NCBI GenBank assembly: GCA_030765235.1
Contig: JAVCCW010000001.1
Coordinates: 35,172 to 99,171, forward strand
Direction of reading: 5' to 3'
Length of the DNA: 64,000 nucleotides
Source of the DNA: Candidatus Gorgyraea atricola
GTDB lineage: Bacteria > Omnitrophota > Gorgyraeia > Gorgyraeales > Gorgyraeaceae
In this document: positions 36,887 to 46,266 of the stretch, piece after piece
Numbering within the stretch: the first letter of the stretch is position 1
Layout: each line of letters opens with the position of its first letter
Position numbers and translations under genes: made by a program
Notes under the pieces: model-generated
What the model saw: only the letters and a program-made list of their open reading frames with translations
Told to the model about the DNA's origin: nothing
Database searches by the model: none

Positions 36887-37293
36887 TCTATCCCTGCCTT
36901 TTTTAATAACGCTGTGGTCACGCCATCCCCGTCAACTACCTTTTTATCAAAACTCCCATCATAGATCTTCCCAACCCCGCACGACGGGCTTCTTGATTTA
37001 AGAATCGCTTCTTTCACATCATACTTTTTCGCGATCTCCAGTGCTACAAAAGCACCTTTAATAAACTGTTCTGTTACATCCAGGCCATTTTCATCAAAGG
37101 CCTTTGCCTTGCCCTCTAAAACATCCTTGCCTGTGCCGTCTTTGATCTCTGCCTTTGTTCGGGGGATGCTTCTCCCCCCAAGTACTTCAGGACACATAGC
37201 AATACATTCCAGATCCTTTACTCTTGGATTAAGTCTACTTTCCCCGTCATATGCACACTTCTCACCTGCCAAACATGCACTAACTAAAATCAT
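36871..37293 (-). CDS. DUF523 / 2-thiouracil desulfurase family protein
   Basis: ILVSACLAG..C.YDG, CPEVLGG, LKSRSPSCG and GDGVT motifs. Confidence 0.9.
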   Translation of the reverse strand: MILVSACLAGEKCAYDGESRLNPRVKDLECIAMCPEVLGGRSIPRTKAEIKDGTGKDVLEGKAKAFDENGLDVTEQFIKGAFVALEIAKKYDVKEAILKSRSPSCGVGKIYDGSFDKKVVDGDGVTTALLKKAGIECRSI

Positions 37294-37907
37294 AACTTAA
37301 ACTCCTTTAGTAATCTTTCAAACGCCCCATTCCCATCAAATACAATTCCCTTTATGCCAAGCTTTGCTGCCGCATCAACTAAATCCTTTCTATCGTCGAT
37401 ATAAAACGCCTTTGATGCCTCTATTTTGGCAAAATCTAGGGCAGTCTTATAAATCTCAGGTGCTGGTTTTCTATAACCCACCTCGTAAGAAAGTATCAGT
37501 TTATCAAACTCGTTAAAAATCGGCATCTTGGGTTTAAGAAACTCGAAATGCGACTCATTTAGATTCGACATCATGATGAGCTTATATTGTGCTTTTACGC
37601 TCCTTAAAAACTCATGCATTTTCTTATTAAGCTCTACCTCAAAAAATATATCCTGCCATATCGGCATAAACTCATCTTGTCCTATGCTTAACTCAAGCGT
37701 ATCCTTAACCCTACGAAAAAACTCATCCGTAGAAATCTTACCTTCTTCATAAGCCTCAGTCAGGCCTGAATCAAAGAAAAGATCATAGATCTCCTCTTCC
37801 CCCTTAGGCGTACACTCCAAAATCTTCCTCACAGCAATCCTGTGATCAAAATTCACCAGCACATTCCCAAGATCACAGATTATAGCACTGTATTTATTAT
37901 TCTTCAT
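37290..37907 (-). CDS. HAD family phosphatase (YihX-like)
   Basis: DLGNVL, SN, SYEVG.RKP..EIY and IDD motifs. Confidence 0.88.
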   Translation of the reverse strand: MKNNKYSAIICDLGNVLVNFDHRIAVRKILECTPKGEEEIYDLFFDSGLTEAYEEGKISTDEFFRRVKDTLELSIGQDEFMPIWQDIFFEVELNKKMHEFLRSVKAQYKLIMMSNLNESHFEFLKPKMPIFNEFDKLILSYEVGYRKPAPEIYKTALDFAKIEASKAFYIDDRKDLVDAAAKLGIKGIVFDGNGAFERLLKEFKL

Positions 37908-37993
37908 AGGTAATTAGTATAAACAGTTTAGTCCTTATAATCAAGAAACTTTACATTTAAAGCAAGACCTCAAATGTAAAGTTATTTTATCAC

Positions 37994-38104
37994 ATCCAGG
38001 ACCTCCCCCGTACCACTTCGGGTACGGGGCATGCTGGCGGGCATCGAGCCTATTAACCGTGGCGAAAACAGGCCCAAGCCGCCAGTAGGATCCGTGGATT
38101 TATT
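37994..38104 (-). repeat. Structured intergenic repeat, copy 1 (with a 28-nt hairpin insertion)
   Basis: Aligns to 39963-40045 with 6 substitutions plus the inserted ccccgtacc-acttcg-ggtacgggg hairpin. Confidence 0.9.
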
Positions 38105-39950
38105 AAATATCCGTTAATCTCTTGCGTTTTCTTAAAAAACTAGATTCACTATAACCTAATTTTTGTTCTGCCTTTTTAATATTACCTCTTGTTTCAGCTA
38201 ATGTATTTTTTATCAGTTCGTTTTCTTTCCCTTCAAAATAATCTTTGATATCCTTCTCTCCTTTTAAAAATCTCCACAATGGGCCTTCGTTAAGATTCGT
38301 CAATTTAGATAGCTTTTTGGAGTTACCTCCTGACTTATCGATTAATGATTTCCATTTTTTTATTTTTCTTTTCTTTATCTCTTGTTGTAACTCGAGTCTT
38401 TTTATCTTGCGCCTAAATGTAACCAAGTCAAGATTCATTAATTTAGCCGTCCTCCCGTACATATATAACCCTTCGTCAAGTTTTTTAAGCAAACTATCTA
38501 TTTCGATACGCTTTTGATTAACTGTGATCAGTGGCCATATATTATTTCTCTTAATAATCTCATAAAAACCCGATTTCTCAAACCCAGACAATTCTATTGC
38601 TTTTAATGGCTCCCATTCTGCCTTTCTCAACCAATAAATCGCAGCTGCCTTCTTCCCAAACAATGCCTTTGCCTCTATTGCGTTCTCAAGGAGCTCTGCA
38701 TGCCAAACCGCCTTATCATCAGTGGCTTGAAAGATGTGCTGCTTTATATCATCTAAATATTGATCCATATAATCATTGTAACTATAGGCGAATAATGTTC
38801 TCAATGTGTATATATTTTTGATCTTACCCCCTGGTTTTGTGTTTGTATAGTCGAGTTCTTTGATAAGCCTGCCCACTAGCTCCTCTTCTGATAACGTGTC
38901 TATATTATTGATGTTTAATAATGCGCTTTCTTTCTTAAACACATCTATTTTATTTTGATTTGCAACCAAACCACCCCGCAGGATTGACAGCTTAGTATCC
39001 ATTTGATCTATTATGTCACTAAAAATAACTGGCCTCTCCTTGCAATACCAATTCTTTCTAAGCCATTTACAGAATAACAACCAATCATAATCCTTGTTTC
39101 TTGCCGATTTTTTTATAAAGAGATCTTTTATTTTCTTATGGGTCTGTGTCATCATTTTAAACTCTGAAAAGCGCTGTTTAATTCTGCTGGTTATAAAAAT
39201 GCCCTTTATGGGTAAGTCTAATCCTGATAATAGACGTCCTTTCTTTGTCAAACAATACCTGTGGGGCCATGCTCCGGCAGACTTAGCTTCACCTGTCCGT
39301 TCCATATAAAAAACTTCTGCAACATAGCCAAGCTTTTTGGCTTCTTGAATAGAGCGAAATACTGTAAGCTTATCTATGTCGTTTTCTGTGATCTCTTTGT
39401 ACGACTCTACGATATCAAGAATACTAAAACTGCCAGAACCTTTTAAAGCGCATGTCTTTAATACATTCAAGCTCTTTAAGGGTTTAACTTTTCTATTGCC
39501 TACGAGAAGATCTATATCTAGATTATTTTTAGAAAATAGGCTTGTTATTTCTTTTGCATCATCGCTTAATTTATAAAAACCATATCCTACTTTTACAAGA
39601 TAGCCATCTCGATATAATCTGTTTATGTGATTATGGGCTTTTGTGTCATTCAATTTTGTTCCTGTAATATTTCCATTGCATACCATCCTATATGTCCTTC
39701 TTGAAAAAGGTTTATCAAGAAAATTAACATCAGCAAGTATCTTTATAGCTACTATATTCGATTTTACAAGTCTTAAGCCTTTTTGAAGCACCAGGCTATT
39801 GTCAGAGACTACAACATCTAGCTTCTGACACAATTCACTCCCCCTGCCGCCAAGGCCCAGGGGATTCCTCAGAGTAGACGCATACACTATCTGCTGCGCT
39901 AAGAAAATACTAAGTATCAATATTGAAATTATCTTTTTTGCCTTCTCCAT
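38103..39950 (-). CDS. Signal-like leader + LRNPL protein with winged-HTH domains and about four C-terminal Fis-type HTH repeats
   Basis: IISILILSIFLAQQIVYA-STLRNPL; wHTH-like ...GYLVKVGYGFYKLS and YCLTKKG; Fis-like LAETRGNIKKAEQKLG. Confidence 0.75.
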   Translation of the reverse strand: MEKAKKIISILILSIFLAQQIVYASTLRNPLGLGGRGSELCQKLDVVVSDNSLVLQKGLRLVKSNIVAIKILADVNFLDKPFSRRTYRMVCNGNITGTKLNDTKAHNHINRLYRDGYLVKVGYGFYKLSDDAKEITSLFSKNNLDIDLLVGNRKVKPLKSLNVLKTCALKGSGSFSILDIVESYKEITENDIDKLTVFRSIQEAKKLGYVAEVFYMERTGEAKSAGAWPHRYCLTKKGRLLSGLDLPIKGIFITSRIKQRFSEFKMMTQTHKKIKDLFIKKSARNKDYDWLLFCKWLRKNWYCKERPVIFSDIIDQMDTKLSILRGGLVANQNKIDVFKKESALLNINNIDTLSEEELVGRLIKELDYTNTKPGGKIKNIYTLRTLFAYSYNDYMDQYLDDIKQHIFQATDDKAVWHAELLENAIEAKALFGKKAAAIYWLRKAEWEPLKAIELSGFEKSGFYEIIKRNNIWPLITVNQKRIEIDSLLKKLDEGLYMYGRTAKLMNLDLVTFRRKIKRLELQQEIKKRKIKKWKSLIDKSGGNSKKLSKLTNLNEGPLWRFLKGEKDIKDYFEGKENELIKNTLAETRGNIKKAEQKLGYSESSFLRKRKRLTDI

Positions 39951-39962
39951 AATCTATCCTAA

Positions 39963-40045
39963 ATCCAGGACCTCCTAGCGGGCATTGAGCCCATTAACCG
40001 TGGCGAAAACAGGTCCAAGCCGCCAGTAGGTGCCGTGGATTTATT
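39963..40045 (-). repeat. Structured intergenic repeat, copy 2
   Basis: 83-nt long imperfect hairpin, homologous to 37994-38104. Confidence 0.9.
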
Positions 40046-40053
40046 GTCTTCTG

Positions 40054-42648
40054 CTACAAACACTTCCTTGTCAAATTATAATCTCTTAATCTTTTATCAA
40101 AATATGAAAGCTTTAGCCCTGACATGAGCCAAGCCTCTTTTTGCATATCTACCGAGAGTACCAAAGACCTCAACCACTCCTCCTCTAATTGTTCAAAATA
40201 AGACAATAACTTATGTTCTCGCAGTACAGTCCTTAAGTTAATTACACCTTTTTCAGAATAACCTGCCAAACTAGCTGTTTTTATAATGTTGCCTCCTCCT
40301 TTCTCAATGCATTTCTGGAGAAAAAGGGTCTTTAGGTTATATTTACGCAATTTATATTTCGAAGTTGAAAGTGAAATTTTCTTATCGCCATCCTTTATAG
40401 CAAGAATTAATTTCTCCTTTTCTTCTTCTTCGCCCTTTTTCTTTCTTTCTTTAGCTTCTTTATCAAGCTTGTCACGAATATCATACTTGACTAACAATTT
40501 TCTTACAGTACGTCTAGCAAGATGCATTGCTATGGCTGTCTTAGTAACGTTACATCCGCTACTACGATATTCGCGGATCAATTTTGTCCTATACAACTCA
40601 TCCTTATTATCTTTGATTAGTTGATTCAATTTATGCCTTTTTATGCGCATATGCAAAGTTCGTAGTGGGATACCTGATAAATCGGCTGCCTTCCTTATAT
40701 GCCAATCTGTCTGAGCTAAATAATAGAGAATGGCTTCTCTTTCAAACGATTCATCAAAAGATATGTTCCCTTCTATAAACAACCTGAGTAGTTTTGCATA
40801 CCATTGTAATTTAGATATATTCTGACTCTCAAATTTAACAATATCTTTTAAATATCTCTTCATATGACTCTCTGAAGCATGATGCAAAAGCGCCTTTATT
40901 AAATCTATATGCAGCTTCACTCTCTTCGGACTTGTATTCAAAAGCTCTAGCCTGCTCATAAGTCTTGTGGTTATCTTTTCTTTCGAAAGCTTTTTTATTG
41001 TCTGATCATTCAAGTTTAATAATATGCTTTCTTCTGTAAAAGGGTTTTTTAACATTGTCTTGTTTTTCAAATTTTTATCTATTCTGGCAAGGATGCTGCC
41101 ATGGGTGCCCATTCTTTCTGCCATCCATCTGCAAAACGCTATCCAGTCTACATTATTCTCTTGGTTACTTATTTTTAAAAGTTCTTCCATTTTTACAAAA
41201 ACAAGCTGAGTAATTTCTTTTTTTATTTCTTCTTTATCCCTATTGATATTCGTAATTTCACTATTTCCTTTGGGCGGTTCTTTAATATGTAATTTTTGCT
41301 TTATCTCGCTAAAAATTTTGATCTCGACACCATCCATATTTTCTACATCCTCTAGATATTCTAAGATACCTTTTAATTCACGTGTCTTTGTCTTTTCCAT
41401 TTCAGCTTTAAAGGTCCTATTGTATGCTTCCAAAAATCCCTCTTTGCAATAAAACCTTAATATCAGATATAAGATGGTGTACAGTTTCTTTGCATCTTCT
41501 GCCATACTAGTTAATGTACTATTTTTCTTTATTCCTATGATACTACCAAGGGCTACATATGCCTCTAAAAGCCTCTCTTTTGATCTCATCAAATCTCCAG
41601 TAGAATAGTTACTTAAAACATCCTTTAAGTAACTGCACTTTTCTTTAACCCTTTTGTCCAATGAATACTTTAGCCCGTCATAACCAAAATGTCTCTCGGA
41701 AATAATCTCGAGCTTATCTACTAGTAGATATAAAGCCTGTTTTAGCTCTTCTCGTCTTCCTGACGCTATGCTGCCGTTGGATTTTCCAAAAATACCTTCA
41801 CATATTTCACTAAAGCCAAGCCATTTTTCATTTTTATGCAGCAAGTCCAAAACTTGTATTAAATAGCTATCTTGATCTTTGTCCTGCACTAGATAGTCAT
41901 CTTGGCCATTAAACACTCTATCGATAATATGCCTATGCTGTTCCAGCTTCTCAAAATCTAAAATCCCCCTCAATGGAAGTTTTGCCTCAGTTAGTTTTAT
42001 CAGCTCTGGTGAACATCGATAAAGTCCATGCTCGATTCTTATTATATGTCCCACGTCTTTAGCCTGTTGTAAAAAACTCTTCAATCTAGTCTCATTTTTA
42101 AATGCATAATCCCCATCTATACGACTGCATATGTCAAATACCTGTTTTCGACTAAAGCTTCTCTCTTTTTCTCCTATAAGAGTAAACAATTTAACTGTAT
42201 TTAGATAATCTACATTCAATAAAAGCCTAAAAAAAGTATTGGAATTTTGATGGGCGATTATCAATTGTTTCGCAGGTTCAGTTACTATATACTTTTTGCT
42301 TGGCAATGCCACAAGGATACCGACTTCAATGCCATGTTTTAAGTAATGTTTGTGGTTTGGGTCATTATGACGAGCATCATTATAATTGTCCCTATAAAAT
42401 AGATTAAGAGCCTTTTCGAATTCATCCTCAGAAAATTCCCCATTAGTCATATTTGCTGATGCAATAACTTTTAAGAGATGCACTGCTATCCTATCATCAT
42501 AAGCAGAGAGCTCCAAATATACCTTTCCAAATCTATCAGATCCCCCACAAAGCGGATTGCGCAGACTCTGTGCATAGATTGGCTGGTGGGTTAAGATAGC
42601 TATTAATATTAAGATTGAGATGAGTTTTTTTGATGTTTGCATATACAT
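40054..42648 (-). CDS. Signal-like leader + LRNPL protein with winged-HTH domains and multiple Fis-type HTH repeats
   Basis: EREAILYYLAQTDWHIRKAADLSGIPLRTLHMRIKRH, SGCNVTKTA.AMHLARRTV, GGGNIIKTASLAG. Shares a DW..FC.W..ES.LLN domain with 38103-39950. Confidence 0.75.
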   Translation of the reverse strand: MYMQTSKKLISILILIAILTHQPIYAQSLRNPLCGGSDRFGKVYLELSAYDDRIAVHLLKVIASANMTNGEFSEDEFEKALNLFYRDNYNDARHNDPNHKHYLKHGIEVGILVALPSKKYIVTEPAKQLIIAHQNSNTFFRLLLNVDYLNTVKLFTLIGEKERSFSRKQVFDICSRIDGDYAFKNETRLKSFLQQAKDVGHIIRIEHGLYRCSPELIKLTEAKLPLRGILDFEKLEQHRHIIDRVFNGQDDYLVQDKDQDSYLIQVLDLLHKNEKWLGFSEICEGIFGKSNGSIASGRREELKQALYLLVDKLEIISERHFGYDGLKYSLDKRVKEKCSYLKDVLSNYSTGDLMRSKERLLEAYVALGSIIGIKKNSTLTSMAEDAKKLYTILYLILRFYCKEGFLEAYNRTFKAEMEKTKTRELKGILEYLEDVENMDGVEIKIFSEIKQKLHIKEPPKGNSEITNINRDKEEIKKEITQLVFVKMEELLKISNQENNVDWIAFCRWMAERMGTHGSILARIDKNLKNKTMLKNPFTEESILLNLNDQTIKKLSKEKITTRLMSRLELLNTSPKRVKLHIDLIKALLHHASESHMKRYLKDIVKFESQNISKLQWYAKLLRLFIEGNISFDESFEREAILYYLAQTDWHIRKAADLSGIPLRTLHMRIKRHKLNQLIKDNKDELYRTKLIREYRSSGCNVTKTAIAMHLARRTVRKLLVKYDIRDKLDKEAKERKKKGEEEEKEKLILAIKDGDKKISLSTSKYKLRKYNLKTLFLQKCIEKGGGNIIKTASLAGYSEKGVINLRTVLREHKLLSYFEQLEEEWLRSLVLSVDMQKEAWLMSGLKLSYFDKRLRDYNLTRKCL
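42538..42630. repeat. Shared leader-coding module
   Basis: 42538-42598 is identical (61 bp) to 48139-48199. Confidence 0.92.
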
Positions 42649-42652
42649 ATCT

Positions 42653-45600
42653 CTATGGGCATACCTCTAGATAAACTCTGGATTTTTTCTGCTCGCCTAA
42701 GTCAAATTTTTCAATCTCTTCAAGGAGCATCTCTTCCATTATTTCATTCATTATTTCAAACTTTTCTTCTTTTGTTGATGGAGCTAAAAGGCGGATGTCT
42801 CTTTTTTGGCGCCTGTCCATCTCTTTTGAGAGCTGTGTTCTTGCTTTGTCAAATTCCTTTTGTATATAGTCTACTGGATTATCAACACTTGTGCGCAGGT
42901 GTAGAATCCATGCCAATGTCTCTAATGTATCATCTAGCTCTTCTTCTTTAAGAGGGTCTTGACTCCACAGTGCCCATAGGATAATCTTTCTTTGTGTTGA
43001 AAGCTGGTCAAATATTCTGCCAAAACGCTTGCCCCAGTAACAGGCTTGGTTTAGCCAAGAGTTAAAGAGATTAATCCTTCCTATTATCTTTCTTTCCAGT
43101 TTTTCTTTTTGAGCCTTTGCCGTTCTTCTGATAGAGGTATTAAGCAGCTCTAATCCCTCTCCATGGCCTTTGGTCTTTTTGCCACGCAGCTTCTCTGTCA
43201 AGGGTAAAGCAGGGTCGATTATATAATCATCTTCTTCATCAGTCATAACTACTGCGCCTTTTAGCATTGGCTCGTAGTTTATTTTCCATGTTTTTTTTAT
43301 ATTAAGTTCAGCCTTAAGGTATTCTCTAAAACTTTGGTCTTGGTCATAGACAAATCCTCTATATGATAATGTATTATAATATTTAGTAAATTCCTGGTAT
43401 TCTCCAATCCATTCTCCTATAATTCCATATAGTTTGAAAATACCGTCATTTAAGAGATCACTGAAATACCTGTCTCCCCAATAGCCATCTGGGTCTGAAA
43501 CCCAGGTGTATTTTTTAACCTCTTCTATGATTAGCCAGAAGTGTGCTTCTGCAAACTCATCCCTGGCCTCTATATCGCCTTTTATGATTCTTTCTATTAG
43601 ACGAGCTTCTTTTTCAATGTCTAAGCCCTTCTTTGGCTTCTTGTAATCATCTAGGATGTACTTTAGGGGAGACTCTGTGCTGGATACCATTGTCTTTTTA
43701 CGCTTTAGATAATTTTTCTCTTCTTCTGCAGCATTTATCCCATCTTCTATGCGTTCTCTAAGAATTGGGTATTCTCCTTCTGTAAGCTCTAAGAGCACCT
43801 GTGCCTTCTTAAAAGAGCTTAATGCTGATCTAGGAAGCTGGCTTATGTCTAACTTGATCTCTGCTTTTTCTAATAACTCTTGTATTTTTTCAACAATAGC
43901 TAGCTCTAGAGCATATTTAAGATCCTGAGCGTCTTTAATGATAGTCTCATCTATGTGTTCTCCAAACTCTAACTGTTCAAAAACATTATTGATAGCTCGC
44001 TGCGCCGATCTGTACGAACCTTTTTGCAGATTAAACTGTGCTTTATCAAGATATTCTTCTGGGGTAAGAATCCTATATCTCCTGGCCATCTGAATCTGAC
44101 TTAATTTGTAGTTTGTCTCTTTCAATACCTTTGAAATCTGAAAGAATAGCTCCATATCCATAGGTGAAGCCCAATATTTTTTGGCCCACTTTAATCTCCG
44201 TGCAGCATCTGATAGCGCACCCTTCTTCATATACTGCATGCCCTTATTAAATAAGGACTGCACGATCTCTTCTTGTCGCTCAAAATCGAATTCGATTTTT
44301 TCCACAAACTGCTCCAGTATATCCCCCTGCATATCTATAATAACCGGCAAACCATATTTATCCAGAAGTGGTCGATTCTTTTTATCCTCTACAAGCCTTA
44401 GAAGTTTTGCCTCGCCATCAATAACTAAAACATCAATCCTTGCCCCAGCTAAGCCAGGCAAATGACATTTTAAATCTATAATGTTCCAATATAATATCTC
44501 ACTTTCTGGAACAGGTAAATCTATAATAAGACACGATTTTAGCCCTCTCGGTTTATTAATGCTCTTAGAGGCTTTGCTACCATCAAACATACAGACAAAA
44601 CCTCCTTCTTTAAAGGCGTTGATAAAATTTCCTTTTTCAAAAGCAGTCTTTGCTTCTTTAGCCAGTTTAAACATTGCTGATAGTCTTTTTTTAGCCATCA
44701 CCTCGCCATGTTCATCCAATACCTCTGCCTCTTTAACAATCGATTTCCCATTAAAATGTTGAATCTCAGTAACTCTTGCTTCTTTGTCGGCACACTTGAG
44801 GCCAAACTCCACACGTCTCTTCCCTGCTAAGAATAGATTTCCAGAGCTATTTAGCTTTAGACCTTCTATCCCATGCTCTACGTTGAGTTGATTAAACTTT
44901 TCTTTCCCAAGATAGTAAAAACCAAAGACCGTCTCTCGAATCTCTTTGTTCCTAACTCTACCAAGAGGAGAAGAAAACTCAGACTCCAGAGAAAAGACCT
45001 TATGAAACAATGTGTCAGGATAGTAGGTTATAAGCTCGCATCGTTCATCTGGATTTGTTAATAATCTAAAACGTCCTGTCGCTGTTACTGCAAACTGTAT
45101 GCCCCCATTACTCAATCCGCTATTTATTAGAACTACGATCTTTTTATACTTAGGATCAGTGCAATATTTTTGAAACTCCTTGCTATCAATTGCCCCTCTG
45201 TGGACACGTATAACGCTACGCTTGCCTTTCTCGTCAATGCCAATGATAGGCAAAAACTCCTCTGCAGCTATTGTTAGTCCGTCTTTTTTAAACAAAATCA
45301 TTCGCGGGATGCCGTCTTCCCATTCTACCTCGTACTCCTGGTGTGCATACTTGTCTGGATTAAACAAAAAACCATACTCTTCTAGTTTAAGAGCGGGGGA
45401 TCCTTTAAATCTACCGCGCAACACAACATGCCCTTGTTCTTTTAGATATTGGATCTTGCCCTTATGGCCCCGTGGCAATTCTTCGAAATCAACATAGTTA
45501 ACCTGTCCACCAAAGGCATGCTGGAGTTTAAGGTTCCAGAGATGTGCTTTTAATGCGCTATGCTCTTCTCCTAACCCGCCCTTATCTTTTGCCCTTAATA

Positions 45601-46240
45601 ACTTATTCAAGGCAATGCGCTTACGTTTGTCATTAAGAAACTTAAACACAACATCTTGTTTCCATAGGTCACTTACGTCCTCTATCTGCAATCGCTCTAG
45701 TAGGCGCTGTACAGGTAGACGTTTCTTCACAGTCTCTACGACACCAGCCAGATTAGTAAGTGCGCCATCGCGATTAAAGTCTGAAAATAGCTCAGGGTTT
45801 GTTTCAATAATAGAATAGCCTTGTTTTAAAAGTTCATTGTCAGGTTCTACGTCTCTAAGTTTATGCTCAAATATCAAACTCCAGATATCATTGACTAGGA
45901 TATTATCATCTGTGTATTTCCCATTGTTTGGGTCTAAGCTTAAATAACTATTTTTTAAAGAGCTTAATGTCTTGTTTTTTATAGAGTTATACCAGCTAGG
46001 GTCATGATATCTATTCACCTCAATCCATGCCTTGGATATTTCACGTACTAAATTAGGTTTCGCTTGAAGGTTTTTTAGTCCAATATATATTGCCTGATAA
46101 AGTAGACCTTTTTTTAATATCTTCCTGCCTTTTTCATTGCTTGCTAAAAGACGAGACCTAAGACCCTGCGCATAGATTGGCTGGTGGGTTAAGATAACTA
46201 TTAATATTAGAGTTGAGATGAGTTTTTTTGTGTTTTGCAT
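42653..46240 (-). CDS. Signal-like leader + LRSRL protein with TPR-like helices and a C-terminal sigma-70-like domain
   Basis: Regions 1.2/2: SPLKYILDDY..LDIEKEARLIERIIKGDIEARDEFAEAHFWLI..VKKY..SDLLNDG. Region 4-like: DQLSTQRKIIL...TLETLAWIL...IQKEFDKARTQL. Confidence 0.72.
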   Translation of the reverse strand: MQNTKKLISTLILIVILTHQPIYAQGLRSRLLASNEKGRKILKKGLLYQAIYIGLKNLQAKPNLVREISKAWIEVNRYHDPSWYNSIKNKTLSSLKNSYLSLDPNNGKYTDDNILVNDIWSLIFEHKLRDVEPDNELLKQGYSIIETNPELFSDFNRDGALTNLAGVVETVKKRLPVQRLLERLQIEDVSDLWKQDVVFKFLNDKRKRIALNKLLRAKDKGGLGEEHSALKAHLWNLKLQHAFGGQVNYVDFEELPRGHKGKIQYLKEQGHVVLRGRFKGSPALKLEEYGFLFNPDKYAHQEYEVEWEDGIPRMILFKKDGLTIAAEEFLPIIGIDEKGKRSVIRVHRGAIDSKEFQKYCTDPKYKKIVVLINSGLSNGGIQFAVTATGRFRLLTNPDERCELITYYPDTLFHKVFSLESEFSSPLGRVRNKEIRETVFGFYYLGKEKFNQLNVEHGIEGLKLNSSGNLFLAGKRRVEFGLKCADKEARVTEIQHFNGKSIVKEAEVLDEHGEVMAKKRLSAMFKLAKEAKTAFEKGNFINAFKEGGFVCMFDGSKASKSINKPRGLKSCLIIDLPVPESEILYWNIIDLKCHLPGLAGARIDVLVIDGEAKLLRLVEDKKNRPLLDKYGLPVIIDMQGDILEQFVEKIEFDFERQEEIVQSLFNKGMQYMKKGALSDAARRLKWAKKYWASPMDMELFFQISKVLKETNYKLSQIQMARRYRILTPEEYLDKAQFNLQKGSYRSAQRAINNVFEQLEFGEHIDETIIKDAQDLKYALELAIVEKIQELLEKAEIKLDISQLPRSALSSFKKAQVLLELTEGEYPILRERIEDGINAAEEEKNYLKRKKTMVSSTESPLKYILDDYKKPKKGLDIEKEARLIERIIKGDIEARDEFAEAHFWLIIEEVKKYTWVSDPDGYWGDRYFSDLLNDGIFKLYGIIGEWIGEYQEFTKYYNTLSYRGFVYDQDQSFREYLKAELNIKKTWKINYEPMLKGAVVMTDEEDDYIIDPALPLTEKLRGKKTKGHGEGLELLNTSIRRTAKAQKEKLERKIIGRINLFNSWLNQACYWGKRFGRIFDQLSTQRKIILWALWSQDPLKEEELDDTLETLAWILHLRTSVDNPVDYIQKEFDKARTQLSKEMDRRQKRDIRLLAPSTKEEKFEIMNEIMEEMLLEEIEKFDLGEQKKSRVYLEVCP
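46170..46228. repeat. Shared leader-coding module
   Basis: 59 bp identical to 48173-48231. Confidence 0.92.
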
Positions 46241-46266
46241 AAGCTTATATTCAGGCCCGAGGCATC

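Noticed and set aside
37947-37983. 12-bp AT-rich inverted repeat (aactttacattt / aaatgtaaagtt)
   Set aside because: Real but single; it could be a weak terminator or operator, and no function can be supported.
37994-40045. Integron attC sites or CRISPR repeats
   Set aside because: No RYYYAAC/GTTRRRY boxes, no integrase or cas gene in the window, and only two copies 2 kb apart.
39963-40045. ZTP riboswitch or SRP RNA (contains actggcg and ccacgg)
   Set aside because: Lacks the 3' CGCCUGGGC pseudoknot element of ZTP and the SRP GGAA-loop motif.
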